NCBI GenBank assembly: GCA_964188305.1
Contig: OZ076888.1
Origin: Podarcis bocagei
Taxonomy: Eukaryota
Direction: 5' to 3' (one strand)
Length of the DNA: 64,000 bases
Shown here piece by piece: positions 21,201 to 32,986 of the stretch (position 1 is its first letter; each line of letters begins with the position of its first letter). The notes under the pieces were generated by a model. It saw only the letters and a program-made list of their open reading frames with translations, was not told the origin of the DNA and did no database searches. Both the position numbers and the translations under genes were made by a program.

Positions 21201-24200
21201 AAAATAACTACAATGAAAATGTTTGATATGAACCTCAACCTGGTTATGGAAGGAAAACACAACTTGTTTCATTAAATGATAGCTAGGAAGCCAAGCAGAA
21301 TTCAGAAGAAAATGTCATTTTAAAATTAATGTCACTGCTGCTTGTTTTTCTTACATACTGGGCTGGGAGAAGCTTTAAACAGCTTCTACTGCCATGCTGA
21401 GATGTATGCAAAATCAGAAGAATGTTTGATTTGAGAATGCTAATAAAATAATATACAAAACATGTTTTGCAAGAGTAAGTTCTGCAAAACAGATTACACA
21501 ACTGCATCTAGAAATGTTTACAAAACTGCTGAATGCTTGCGCCCCTTAGTGGTGAACTATATTATTGATCTATGCTAATAGCTGCCGGTAACTGCAGCTG
21601 TCTTTGTGAAGACAGCCTGTGGTTTCAGAAATAATAATTGAGAAACAATAAATGCAGAATATATATTAGCGGACTGCTGCATTGCTAGAACAAGAAACTG
21701 TCACAAGAAGCTAGCCATAGCACAGCTGTGCTTCCTATACATTGTTTATTGGAACTTGATCAGATATATTTATATCTTCAAACTTTCTATAAATTACAAA
21801 GTATCTATGGTTCCAAGCAAGCAGAAGCTCCCACTGGTGAAACTTGCATTTGCGGCTTCTACCAATCTCTCCTCACCCCTGCAGCTCCAATGCCACCACC
21901 TACACAGCTCCAGAGGACGGCCCAACTTAGTGGTGGGAGCACAGGGAGCTGCAGCAGGAAAGGGAAACTCTACCAGCCAAAGCCTGCATCAATAGGCAGG
22001 CATGAGAAAAGATTGAATGGACTGTCAAGGAGTGAGACATACAAAAAAAGTCATGTTGTATCAACAGTCCTCTTGCCCTGTCTACTTTACTACCTATGGT
22101 TGCATTAGCAAATGCTTCTGGAAACAATACATACTACAGTGGTACCTCAGGTTACATACGCTTCAGGTTACAGACTCCGCTAACCCAGAAATATTGCTTC
22201 AGGTTAAGAACTTTGCTTCAGGATGAGAACAGAAATCGTGCTCCAGCAGCGCAGCAGCAGCAGGAGGGCCCATTAGCTAAAGTGGTGCTTCAGGTTAAGA
22301 ACAGTTTCAGGTTAAGAACGGACCTCCGAAACGAATTAAGTTCTTAACCTGAGGTACCACTGTAAATGAAATTAAGCTTGTTTCTCAACTATTCTCCACC
22401 CAGATCATTAAAGCACTCTAGAGATGGTAACTGACAGAACGATATAAGCTAATTTCATGTTATTGTGTATATCTTGAAAAAAATAGTCATTATGTGGTTT
22501 ATCAGCTGGCAAACAACAATTGGGGGCAGGGGCTGCAGCGGGAAGCCCCATTCTCTGAACAGAACTCTGCTCATAGAAGTTACAATTCAAACCACAATAA
22601 GAAAAAAAACAACAACTTGCCTTTTCCTGACACAACCTCTTTCTCATGTCTCCATCTAAATCCAAACTGTTAGAAGAATAAAAGACATGCAGTAAGTATT
22701 TTGCACTTACAGATTCAGTGCATCCAGTGCAACTGCGATATTTCTCTTATGCCTCAGGTATTGCAATTTTATTTTTCTAGATCACTATCACTGAATTATG
22801 ATGATATTGAGCTACGTGTTCCACAGAAAATGGAAAGAATGCATTTCATAGACTCTGATAACTGCTAGTAGGCAAGAAATAGGAATGATTAAAATATGAA
22901 TTGGTAAGATCCACCCTCGCCTGGAATTGCTTCTGGTGTCACTATAGGTTGCTCTTCCTCCACTTTATAAGTTCAAAGTATTTACTTTAATCCAACTTTC
23001 CGTACTTCCTCTGTACCATTTAAATCTTGCAGCTAGTTGCAGGATAACCTTTTATTTGTTCAGGAGACACTGTCCATTCCAACTTTTTCATAATGTCTTA
23101 TCACAGAGGTCAACAACTTGTTCATGGTCCCAGGAGAAGAGCAGGTAATGAGGTGATCATGAGCTTCAGGGGTGCCAGTGAAATACCCAGCTAGATGCAT
23201 GACACTACCTGGGAGCAGGGGAAACCTGTGAAGGTGACTGCTGGGATCAAGGCCTATCTGAGAGCCTCCAACTCCTACAGGAAACCCAGGCTCCTTTGTA
23301 TGAGTAGCCATGTCAGATCTGTACCTGCAAGCCTCTCCAGAACCAGCAAAACAGACAGTAACAAATATAGATGGTATAAATTGTCTGTGCAGGTAGGGGA
23401 CAGAGAGGTGAAAAGAGCACTCTGGGGAAGTAATACAGGATATATACATTCCTGGGTCAACCACCTCTTCGCCCTGCCATCCCCTCTCACAATACCCCAT
23501 TTAAAAAGCTGTGTAATGAATAAGACTACAATGTGTACTTTCATTCAAGGGCATTCCCTCTCCAAAAAACCCTGCTTTGAAAAAAAAGACTGCAAATAAC
23601 ACTGTACAGAAAAGTTGGTAGTTCCAATTGGCTGATCTAGATCCAGCATACTGGCCACTTAGCTATACTCCCTTTTTATCATCAAATGACAAGGAATAGA
23701 CAAAGCACTGTTATGTAGAACAGTCTGTGCCAAAGTGTTATGCATATGTCTATGCCAAAGTCCTGTTCAGCCTCTGCATTTTCAGCAAGGTGCAAGCAGG
23801 TAAAAATTGTAACCCACAGCAAGAGCCATTGTGGGTAGTAGCCACTGATAGCATTATTCCACGTGAATTTATCTATTCCTGTTTTAAAGCCATCCAAATT
23901 GGTGGCTATCACTACAGCTTCTAAGAGTGAATTCCATAGTGTCTCCCTGCACTGTGTGAAGAAGTACAGTGATACTTCCGGTTACAGATGCTTCAGGTTA
24001 CAGACACTTCAGGTTACAGACTCTGCTATCCCAGAAATAGTACCTCGGGTTAAGAACTTTGCTTCAGGATGAGAACAGAAATCGTGCTCCGGCAGCAGGA
24101 GGCCCCATTAGCTAAATTGGTACCTCAGGTTAAGAACAGTTTCAGGTTAAGAACAGACCTCCAGAACGAATTGAGTTCTTAACCAGAGATATCACTATAC

Positions 24201-27200
24201 GTAATTTCTTCTGTCTGTTCTGAATCTTGCAACATTCAGCTTCATAGGATGTCCATGAGTTCTAATACTATAAAACAGCCACAGTCACCTCCATGAGACC
24301 TGCATTCTTGTGTGTTCACACTAGGCTATACTTTGGCTTATGATGACATGCAAACCAAGACATTCTCTCTACAGTACCTATTATTGGCCACAGGTGTTAA
24401 GATACTGGCTATGTTTCTACCTATCGTCTCTGCAATAGAATACATTGCCTTAAGAGAGATTACATTCACTTGGATGAACATAGACAGCCCCCGAGTTACA
24501 AAATCTGTCCAGCATGTACCTTGTTCTCTTTGTATTTAGTCAGATCTGCTATGCAGTACTCCTTGAATAATTTATCGTAGTATTTCTTGCTGAGCCTCTT
24601 CTCCCTGAAAGATGGAGACATTATTATGGGTTAGTTGGTTAGATAACACAAATGTGGGCAAAAGATAGAAGTTTTTTTCTATCTTTTTATCTTATATTAA
24701 AAAGGCAGGAATAGTAGCAAGGTAGTTTTATAAATGTACAGCTGTCACAGAAAATTAAAGAAAAAGCACAATTCAATGGCCTTTTCTTTAAATACATCCT
24801 ATGCATTTATGCAGAAACCACCCTGTGTTTAAATGGGGATAGTGAATATAGAGGTGAAGAGAATTGGTGGGCCAGTTGGACAACTCCCATCAGTCCTGGC
24901 TAGCATGATAAGGGATAGCCAATGGTAAAAAATGAGAGGAGCTACAGCCCAGCAACATCTAGAGAGCCACAAGTTCTGCACATCTGGTGTATAGAATTGC
25001 AGCCTAACACACAGCTGAGAAACAACTTTGAAGATGCCTTGTTTTGTAGCATTAAAAACAAATCACTAGATTGCTTTTAACTGGCAATGCACAACAATAA
25101 TTCCCACTCACTCGCATCATGAGTCTATTAGCCACAAAGGTGTACAATTAGACTCCTTAAGTTTATCAAGCCATTTTACATAAAAAGAATATGTATGAAT
25201 TAACGTATTTATACAAGAGAGAAATAAATGAGATCAATCCCAGCCCAAGTTACCAGTTCATGTCAGCTTCATCTTCCTCTCTCCACAAGAATCTGTGGTT
25301 TTCTCTTATAATGTCAAGGTCAGTCTTGTCATTTTCTCTGTTTAAAAATCAATCAGATATCAAATGATTATTATTATTTTTTAAAAAAAAAGATTACCTC
25401 TCTTCATTTGTTGCATTTCCTTTCAGAATCTCTAACACATTCAGTTTCATTTTACAGCTCACTTTTCCGGAAAAATCGGTGTCCAAAGTGGCACAAAATA
25501 CACAATGAGCAATGTTTGTCCCTGCCCTTATGCAGCATTTGAAAGGGTGGAACACTTTGCAATTCAGCAAGGAGGAGATGGAGGCAGGAAAGACATAAGA
25601 AACTTCTGCGCCTGAGCCAATGGGGAGGGAGGTTTGGCTGGCTGTAAAATGCCTTAAGTCTGCCTCCCAACTGAGTTGGGGAAAACATGGAATCCATCCA
25701 TCCTGCCACTCTTCTGTGCAGGGCTCACTGGTCTCTTCAAGACCATATGAGATGTTCTGCCTTCATCTTACATGGCTGTGGGATGCCCCCCCACACACAC
25801 ACACTCTGCACTGTATCACTGTGTTGCTTTTCCCCAACACAAACAACAACATGGGATGGATGCAAGTAAACTGTAACATGTGAAGCACTCCTGAATTATC
25901 CGGAGTTTACTTCCGCACGGCCCACTCCTATTTACTCAAAAGTACGCCCTCAGTGATTTCACTTTAACTTGCTCTCTATTATTTATGCATAAGATTACAG
26001 ACTTAGTAACTTCTGAAAGCAGACAGACTTCTGTAATTATTTTGTACTCACCCTGAACGTTTAAAATCTTCTTTCTTGCCACCGTAGTACAAAATATAGT
26101 CATTGACCATTTTCTTATGTCTTGCATACTGACAAAAATTAAGGAATTTGCTGACAGCATTTTCCTGCTTTCCAAAAAAGAAATAAGATAACTGGAAATC
26201 TATTGTTCCTTTGCTGAAAGAACTCTGCCTACACCTAGCAAATTTGGAAATGGCTCACACAGCATATGAGGGACCACTCAAGGAACAAGACAAAGATTTC
26301 TGCAAGAGAGAAATTGGGGAGACTGACAAATCTAGTGACAAAATTTTACCATTCCAAGATAAAATCTACACTGGAAGGTTCCAATTTGGGCCATTTCATA
26401 CAAGTGCCAACCACAGTGCAATTGGCAAAATTAGCACTATGACATGATGTAGTTATCTGATGAAAATACTGAACAAGGAAAATACTCATAATATGGTAAT
26501 TCCCGATATAATGTCTTACAAATTTTTTTGACACAGGCTTCTTCTGTGCTGGTTATTTTTAACCAAGGACAACACAATAAATACAGGCAAGTAACTGCAG
26601 GGGTGGGGGCAGAATATTTAGTTATTTTAGAATTGTCCCAGAACTGGTTACATAAAAGCCGCCTAGAAGTGTTGCTTCCTTTGTCAATAAAGCAACAGGC
26701 TTTCAGCCATGCTATCATGCTATCATAAATCATTTATCAAGCTTCTAACTTACACAGCACGTATACAAATATAGACAGAGAGCTCTGCCCCTAGGATATA
26801 GCACTAAATATTACAAGACAAGGCATAGACAGTTGAACTTTGTACACTATTGCTGACACAGGCCTAATATATATATGAAGCTGAACTAAGGACACCCCAC
26901 TCCATGTAAATAGAGAAAGCAATCCACCCATCAGCTGGATTCATGACAGACAATGAATGCTATCCAAAAAAAAATGAGGTAAAGCAAAACAATGGAATAT
27001 CCTTCCGAGAAAGGACACAAACTATTCAACTATTAACGCCGCATTTCATTGAAGAGGTATCAGGAGTGAAGTGGTCACTGCCTGTATATTATTGACTAGA
27101 ATCCAGCTTTGGAGTCATACCTCTCTTCCACCCACACGTTTGTTGTCTTAAAAGACAGCAAGAACAGAAATAGGAGCATCCAAGTTAGTTCTTCTAATCA

Positions 27201-30200
27201 ATTGAGGAAGGCTTTATGTCATACTCAATAGCACTTGTGGTGGTGGTGTAGTGGCACTGCTCACCTGGTTCCCCAATGCAAAGTGTGGCTGTGGGCATAA
27301 AGGCATCAGAGTGGCTCCACCACTGTGCCCACACTGAGCTCTCCTCCTGGCAACTGGCAGAGATGCTCACTGTTTAGAAGCCAGGTGAGCGATGCTGCCC
27401 CACCTGCCCTACTGACTGCAACTGGTACTGTTCAACCTGCTGCAGTAGCTACACCTACTGAATTCTCCTTGTAACAAGAAAAGGGCACTGAGGCTCATTA
27501 GAAGGAGCTGCAATCCATTTGCCTCCTCTTTTGTTCTTTCCGACAGCCTTCAGGCACCTTCCTGGAGAAGAAAAGCAGCACACCTATTACTAAAGAGCTC
27601 AATCTCACTCAATGACTCCCTCTCAGGTCATCATATTGTCAGTTCTGCCCCAGATCATACTGTGTTGTGTCAAGTCAAGTTGGTGTTTCTGTTGGGAGTT
27701 CAGAAGGAATAAATTGTTCTAGCAGGTGGTATAGGCAAGGGCCCTGATTGGCAGGCTGCAGCAATGAGATCCACACTGTGCCACAAGAGCGCTCCCTAGA
27801 AAAACTTACATATAACCAAGATTATATATGTGGCAAATTTAATGGCTGGTACTTAACTATGCTCAGCGAAAATTCCTCTCTTAGATCATGAGAAATGAAA
27901 TCCTATACCCTATCCCTAAGGAAGCAAACTCTCAAACAAAGGTCTCTTTCATGAAGTTTCCTCTTCTTCTCAAAATTAAGATGAACTGTTTCTTCATCAA
28001 CGCAAATTTAAAGGATACAGCATCCAATGCTAGGAAATGAAATCTTTGATTTCTTGCTTCTTCCCTGGTAAAAATAACAACATTATTCTAGTTGTCTACA
28101 TGCCATGTGCTTAATGCTGTTCTGAAAACATTCCACAAGTATGGCAATGTACCTGTCCCATTCATCTGTCGCCACCTGTCTGTGGGCCACCTTGCTCTGT
28201 TTTTCTTTCTGGAAGGGCTTTTTGAGTAATGCATCTTCATTCCTTATCATGCAGGAGGGGAAACACACAGAATTGGTTATTAGATGAAAATACATATAAA
28301 CAGAACAGCAACTTAGTGTTAAAAGAAAAGCTTACCCCCTGTCAATAATTAGTTGGACCACTTGGAGAAGAGATGGGAAGTAGGAGGTTGATCTACACCA
28401 CCACTCATTCGCCCCCCACCCCCCACGGCATAGAGCAGGGCCAGCAACTCCCACTGCTACAGCATGAGCTTCCTCTACACCCCTCTCTTGCTTCTGGATT
28501 AGCAATTGGAAGGCCAATGGATCATCCCCAGGAGTCAGACTTGACCCTGGATTTTCCAGGCACTGATCTCTAACTTATTGGGTAAAGGAAGCTGTGTTGG
28601 CCCATGAGAAAAACCCCAAAGTCCACATTCCTAAATAACAATAAGTAGTACTCGGACATCTGGGATCAGGAACAGGGGCTTACAGATTGGAACATGCAGC
28701 TTTCATATGGGTTTAAGCTCCAGCATATCTCTAGATATTTAGCACTGAGTGTTAGTTCTCCATAGGAATCGCTCCTAAAGGACTACCATGCAAAGAAAGC
28801 TCACTAAGGTTTCTTTTCTGCAAATCAAATTGCATCCCTCTCTTGACATCTGAGCAACATTACAAGAGTTAACTAGGAATCTACTTTCTTATTTTCAAGT
28901 TTAATGTCTGTCACTTCTTTACATCTACATGTTTACAACTCTTCTGATGCTCTGAGCAGCTGGTAGAGATGAAAGATCTATCCCTGGAATGCAACCCAAT
29001 GAGTTGCTTAGCTGTCTTTGTGCATGTCTTCTAAACAGGGAAGCTCCAGTTCTTTCTCCAAGACATTTATACAGCTGAGACAGGAAGTCTGGCACTCTAT
29101 GCAATGCACTGGTGTCATCTACAGTTAGGCCAGCCCAGTGTGTAGAAAATGTTGCACTAGAACTGACATTCAGCCAAGGCTGGGGCAAGGAAGTTATATT
29201 CTTTGATCTACTCTCCTGAAGTTAAGCAGACAGCCCCAGCTGGTTTTGGTGTTGTTGTTTTTGCTCTTGAATGCTGTCTTCAGCACAGGAAAGGCAACTA
29301 ACCATTAGGTTAATAAATAATCCACATAAATAAATTATTTAGGCATGTTTAGGGATTTACTCCCAGGTAAGTGTGCATAGGACTGCACCCTTAGTTGCCA
29401 CAAAAACAAGTAATAGGATATAATAATCAAGCAGCAAGAGCACTCCATTCCCTTCCAGCAGGTGTCTTCTTCTTTCATAGCCTGCTGCCACCTGGCTTTG
29501 ACTGCTTTGATCTCTCATTCAGTAGCTTGATTAATCCTGCTGAGATGTGGCAGAGGGAAAATCAAACTAAAGGACCAACTAGGCCTCAGTGCTGTTCTTG
29601 TAGAGATGAAGCGCAGAACTGCAAGAAATGAGATGGCACAGAGGCACTAGATGAGCACAGCAGTTCTCCCCTACCCCGCTCCTCATTGGAGATAGCACTC
29701 TCTGTCAAGCTTGAGAGAAAGAAGATGAAGGAGTCTGTCATTTACACTCCTAGGAAGGACCTTATAATACTACTAGTAAAAGGCATTACCTATTTTTCTG
29801 CTGGTCCGATTTCTCTCCTGTTTCATCATCACTAAAATCAGAGTCATATCCTCCATGGCCAAGGATCTGGGAGAGGAATTTCAAGACAAAGAATCTAGTA
29901 AATTTAAGGATCACAAGACACTGATTTAAAAGAGAATTGCCATCATTTCCCACTAAGTTTAAAGGAACAAGAAGCATGTTTTGATAGCCGATCCAAACTA
30001 CTTATTGGCTTCATAAACAGAGAGAAGATGAGAGGAAGTAAACAGATTTCTGCATGTCCCCTCTGCTTAGAAAACCACACCCCATAAGAACAGCACTTCA
30101 TCAATTGCCTCTGACTCCAGAGACTACTGAAGAGGACTGTCACAACAGCAGCAGCCACACATCATTGCATGTCTCTTCCAATGAAGTTTCACTGCAGGAG

Positions 30201-32986
30201 CACATAAGAGGTGATGTGGGAAAGCACCTAGGAGCAGAAGATGTAAAGAGGCTCTCTGCACACATATATTTACCAGTGCATCAAAAGATCCTAGTATCAT
30301 CTACATGTTATTGCCCATCTTTCAGTGGCTAGCCCATCTCTGACTTTCTCAGGTCTTTGCACAACACCCTGCCAGCACCATGGAAAAACCAGGAGTTGCT
30401 AACATGGTGCCTTCCAGAGGCTGCTGGACTACAACTCCCATAATTCCTGACTACTGGCTATGCTATGGTTTTAGAGTGGAATCCAAAAGTATCTGGAAGG
30501 TACATAATTGGCTATTCATGCCCTGACCGACAGGTCCTAACACCTTTTCAACCAAGTCCTCCAAGTAAACTCTACAATGAACTAGATTCTACTTCTGTCT
30601 TATCTAGGAAATGATTCAGAGATGATGGAACAAGGCAACATCATAACCCAGGCACTGAAGCATCTAGGACTGGTTCACAGAGTCCTATTTCCAGTTTTTC
30701 TCTTCACACAATCAGCAATAGTGGCTCTCCAGTGAAGCATATGTCCATGATTATAAATTTACAGGGGGAAAATATGTCAGCATGAAAATCTGGAATTTAT
30801 TAAGTAGGATGGATCCATAATGTCCTTTTAAAGGTTGCATAATACTTCTTCCTTACACACAATGCGCACCAGCATTCGGTCTCAATTTAGGAGAAAGTGA
30901 ACTTTTCCCCTTTCAGTAAGTCACTCTCTAATATCTAAATTGCATGTCTGGTTTAGAAAATGCCATACACTGATCAAAGAGCAGTAAAAGGATATAATGA
31001 TCCCCAACTTTCATTTAGGCTTATGAGTAAAAAGGAGGGATTCTAATCTGTAATAGTGAGACAGCACAAAATCAAGGTGTGATAATTATTCTGCATGAAA
31101 AAGTATGGCATGCAAGAGTGCCATCTTATGTACGTGGCATCACCAGAGTAACTAGGACAGACACTTACTATGAAGTAGCCCCACAGCATTCATTGTTATG
31201 AGAGTAACTGCAGTAATACCTGGCAATACCTTTCTGCTCTGAGAGGCCAGAGTTCAAATCCCTACTCTGGTATGAAGCCCACTGTGTGACCTTGGGCCAT
31301 TCAGCCTAACCTACCTCACAGGGTTGTTATGATGTAAAACTGAAAGCAAGAGAGGCATGGACTCCACCTTGAACTCCTTGGAGGAAAGGTGGGTTATAAA
31401 TGCAGTAATAAATAAATAAATAAATAAATAAAACCTCTGGCAGTGACAGCTTATTTCTGTTGTCATTCTTTATCTGCAGCTCTAGGAATTAACATGTTCT
31501 TGCAGTTTAGTGCAGATTATTCTTAAAAACAAGTGCATGTGTTTCTACAGTATACAGTGGTACCTCGGGATGCAAATGGGATCCGTTCTGGAGGCCCGTT
31601 CGCATCCTGAATGGAACGTAAGGCGCGGCGGCCGTTTCCACGCATGCGCGTGACATCATTTTGAGCGTCTGCGCATACGCGAGTGGCGAAACCCGGAAGT
31701 AATGCACTCCGAGAGCGCTCAACCTGAAGCACTTTCAACTCAAGGTGTGACTGTATATACAATATATAAATACATATATACACAAATATTCTATTTGTAT
31801 ATATACAAAATATATACAAATTGTAAAAAGACTAGAGTAGGTATGCAATAAGGCACCCTTTAACATTTTTCAGTGACAATGTGTTTAGCATAGTGTTTCA
31901 AAGTGGCAAAAAAAGAATGTTTTTCCATCCTTTCAAAATATGTAAATGGATGAAACAGTTCTTCTAATCTGCAGTAGCAGTTGTGAATACTGAGAGGAAA
32001 ATAGCTATTTAGGATTAAAATGGAGTACAAACGTTTCATCATACGTGTGTGTTTTTTGACTGGCCTGGGATCACTAGATAAAGAGCAGTATGTAAATAAT
32101 CTTTAAAAAAACAACCCAAAATCAAGCATGTTTACCTAACACTTATGATAATTAGTGAGGCTGATAAACACAAGGCTGAGGTTGCAATCCTAGACATTAG
32201 GGCTGGAAAGCCAGTGGCACCCCGGCTGTTTTTGGACTCCCATCAGCCAGAGCCAGGATGCCCAAAAGCCAGGGATGGGGGGAGCCACATTTTACAACAT
32301 CTGGAGGGTCCATTCGGTTTTCCCTCTCCGCTGCGCCATTTCCCTGTGCGTGACCTCATCTGTCAGCAGCAGCAGCAAAACATTGCACCGCAAATGTTGC
32401 TGAATCAGTACAGAAAACAAGATTAGAGCCATTTTAAAATAAAGCCAGATTCTTTTTTTGCATTTGCATTTTGCCCTTCTTTCAAGCTGGCTGGGAGGCA
32501 CCCACGACTTTATTCCCAAATTAAACTTCGTGAGATAAGACTGATGAGAAATAAGTTGCTTTCCCACGGAATTAAACTTCAGGCCTCCTCGGTCCAAGTG
32601 TGACCCTGTGCCCATCAACCCACACCATATCCATTGCTAGCCAGTGCAGAATTTACCCCCTATATATAAACCGCGTTAAAAACAAAAACAAAAAAAGTTT
32701 AAGTGTTAAGCCTCCTACATTCAAACTTTAAATGCGGGGAGTCCGTGGACGTATGCATGCAAGCTTCGGGGTCGGAACTGCCTTAAGAGATGCAATCCCC
32801 TCCTGCCTCCTCTCCCCAAACCCACAGGAGAGTCTTCGGGACCATTATTCTTATTTTCATTTTTGCTGCCCGACCCGCAGCGAGCGCCTTCCCAGCCGGT
32901 CACTGAGGCGACGGGCTCCGGCCCTCCGTTTCCTTCTCCCTCCCCCGGGGCTAGGGGCTCCGACTCACCGCATTCGAGAGATTCAT
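11977..32986 (-). CDS. FRA10AC1: FRA10AC1 spliceosome-associated protein, 322 aa: complement join(32969..32986,29790..29866,28153..28242,28019..28064,26052..26128,25254..25337,24520..24604,22621..22666,17051..17164,16078..16120,14665..14786,13905..13943,12789..12873,11977..12019)
   Basis: 14 exons sum to 969 nt in one open frame. Recognisable peptides: GHGGYDSDFSDDE, KTDLDIIRENHRFLW, KKYYDKLFKEYCIADL, GLKSWEVNFGYVEHGEKKNALVKLRLC, EEEFDEYFQDLFL*. Confidence 0.95.
12789..12873 (-). CDS. FRA10AC1: FRA10AC1 exon 13 (DSVNNDEQDGPSDADFWKGPPQETEEKTR)
   Basis: cag|AT ... CG|gtcagt, 85 bp. Confidence 0.92.
13905..13943 (-). CDS. FRA10AC1: FRA10AC1 exon 12 (DQTFLEESDDSDK)
   Basis: cag|AT ... G|gtaact, 39 bp, symmetric phase 1. 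Confidence 0.8.
14665..14786 (-). CDS. FRA10AC1: FRA10AC1 exon 11 (RKEVTPTKKRASTEQSSKASKKTRLSSPHRHKPKKRKSHK)
   Basis: aag|G ... G|gtaaaa, 122 bp, basic NLS-like region. Confidence 0.88.
15190..15695 (-). mobile_element. L2-like LINE 3' end with (TTA)n tail
   Basis: Minus-strand peptide RRTLRS...LEVP...RAFSVLAPTWWNAL, typical of the L2 ORF2 C-terminus; (AAT)n at 15190-15234. Confidence 0.75.
16078..16120 (-). CDS. FRA10AC1: FRA10AC1 exon 10 (RLCPECSYKLNFHHR)
   Basis: aag|GG ... AG|gtaatg, 43 bp. Confidence 0.94.
17051..17164 (-). CDS. FRA10AC1: FRA10AC1 exon 9 (GQFSCGSKHCDEKEGLKSWEVNFGYVEHGEKKNALVKL)
   Basis: tag|GT ... A|gtgagt, 114 bp. Confidence 0.95.
17258..17455 (+). mobile_element. 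L2-like LINE 3' fragment
   Basis: agggccttctcagtagtggcacctccctgtggaac (RAFSVVAPSLWN-like) ... tgtgagccgcccagagtggctgggga; the same tail occurs at ~12935-13020. Confidence 0.7.
19850..21170 (-). mobile_element. Decayed L2-clade LINE reverse-transcriptase fragment
   Basis: Frameshifted minus-strand motifs LDLSVAFNTIDHGILL, QGSFLSSMLFNIY, ADDTQL, VNLNPEKTE, LVSSRLDYC, LVQNSAHRLL. Confidence 0.85.
22137..22362. mobile_element. Tc1/mariner MITE, same family as 6814-7047, opposite orientation
   Basis: TIRs CAGTGGTACCTCAGGTT / AACCTGAGGTACCACTG; TA TSD. Confidence 0.9.
22621..22666 (-). CDS. FRA10AC1: FRA10AC1 exon 8 (FGFRWRHEKEVVSGK)
   Basis: cag|TTT ... AAAG|gcaagt (GC donor), 46 bp. Confidence 0.92.
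23830..24270 (-). mobile_element. CR1-like 3' fragment interrupted by a MITE
   Basis: CR1-like sequence ...tgtgtgaagaagTA breaks off and resumes as ...ttctgtctgttctgaatcttgcaacattcagc after the MITE. Confidence 0.6.
23967..24197. mobile_element. Tc1/mariner MITE, more diverged copy of the same family, nested in CR1
   Basis: Degenerate TIRs CAGTGATACTTC / GAGATATCACTA; interior nearly identical to 22137-22362. Confidence 0.85.
24520..24604 (-). CDS. FRA10AC1: FRA10AC1 exon 7 (EKRLSKKYYDKLFKEYCIADLTKYKENK)
   Basis: cag|G ... AAG|gtacat, 85 bp. Confidence 0.95.
25254..25337 (-). CDS. FRA10AC1: FRA10AC1 exon 6 (ENDKTDLDIIRENHRFLWREEDEADMNW)
   Basis: cag|A ... TG|gtaact, 84 bp. Confidence 0.95.
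26052..26128 (-). CDS. FRA10AC1: FRA10AC1 exon 5 (YARHKKMVNDYILYYGGKKEDFKRSG)
   Basis: ttccttaatttttgtcag|TAT ... GG|gtgagt, 77 bp. Confidence 0.94.
26129..28018 (-). other. U12-type (minor spliceosome) GT-AG intron of FRA10AC1
   Basis: Donor GTATCCTTT; branch site TTCCTTAAT (26138-26146) ending 9 nt before the exon. Confidence 0.92.
28019..28064 (-). CDS. FRA10AC1: FRA10AC1 exon 4 (EEARNQRFHFLALDA)
   Basis: cag|G ... GCT|gtatccttt (U12-type donor), 46 bp. Confidence 0.93.
28153..28242 (-). CDS. FRA10AC1: FRA10AC1 exon 3 (NEDALLKKPFQKEKQSKVAHRQVATDEWDR)
   Basis: aag|G ... AG|gtacat, 90 bp; acceptor position slightly uncertain. Confidence 0.85.
29790..29866 (-). CDS. FRA10AC1: FRA10AC1 exon 2 (ILGHGGYDSDFSDDETGEKSDQQKNR)
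   Basis: cag|ATC ... AG|gtaatg, 77 bp. Confidence 0.93.
31225..31432 (+). mobile_element. Squamate tRNA/MIR-like SINE with (TAAA)n tail
   Basis: B box-like gagttcaaatccc, tgtgaccttgggc core, ctacctcacagggttgtt, (TAAA)n tail. Confidence 0.6.
31555..31753. mobile_element. Tc1/mariner MITE, related subfamily
   Basis: TA|CAGTGGTACCTCGGG ... CAAGGTGTGACTG|TA; CpG-rich interior. Confidence 0.8.

Larger units (their letters stand above)
17165..22620 (-). other. GC-AG intron of FRA10AC1
   Basis: AAG|GCAAGT donor required to keep the frame into exon 9. Confidence 0.88.

Noticed and set aside
21538-21554. CTCF-like motif (CCACTAAGGGGCGC on the minus strand)
   Set aside because: It mismatches a highly conserved core G; cannot be supported without ChIP or conservation data.
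22798-22858. C/D-box-like pair (ATGATGA ... CTGA) suggesting a snoRNA
   Set aside because: It is antisense to the host gene FRA10AC1, has a weak terminal stem, and shows no recognisable rRNA/snRNA guide.
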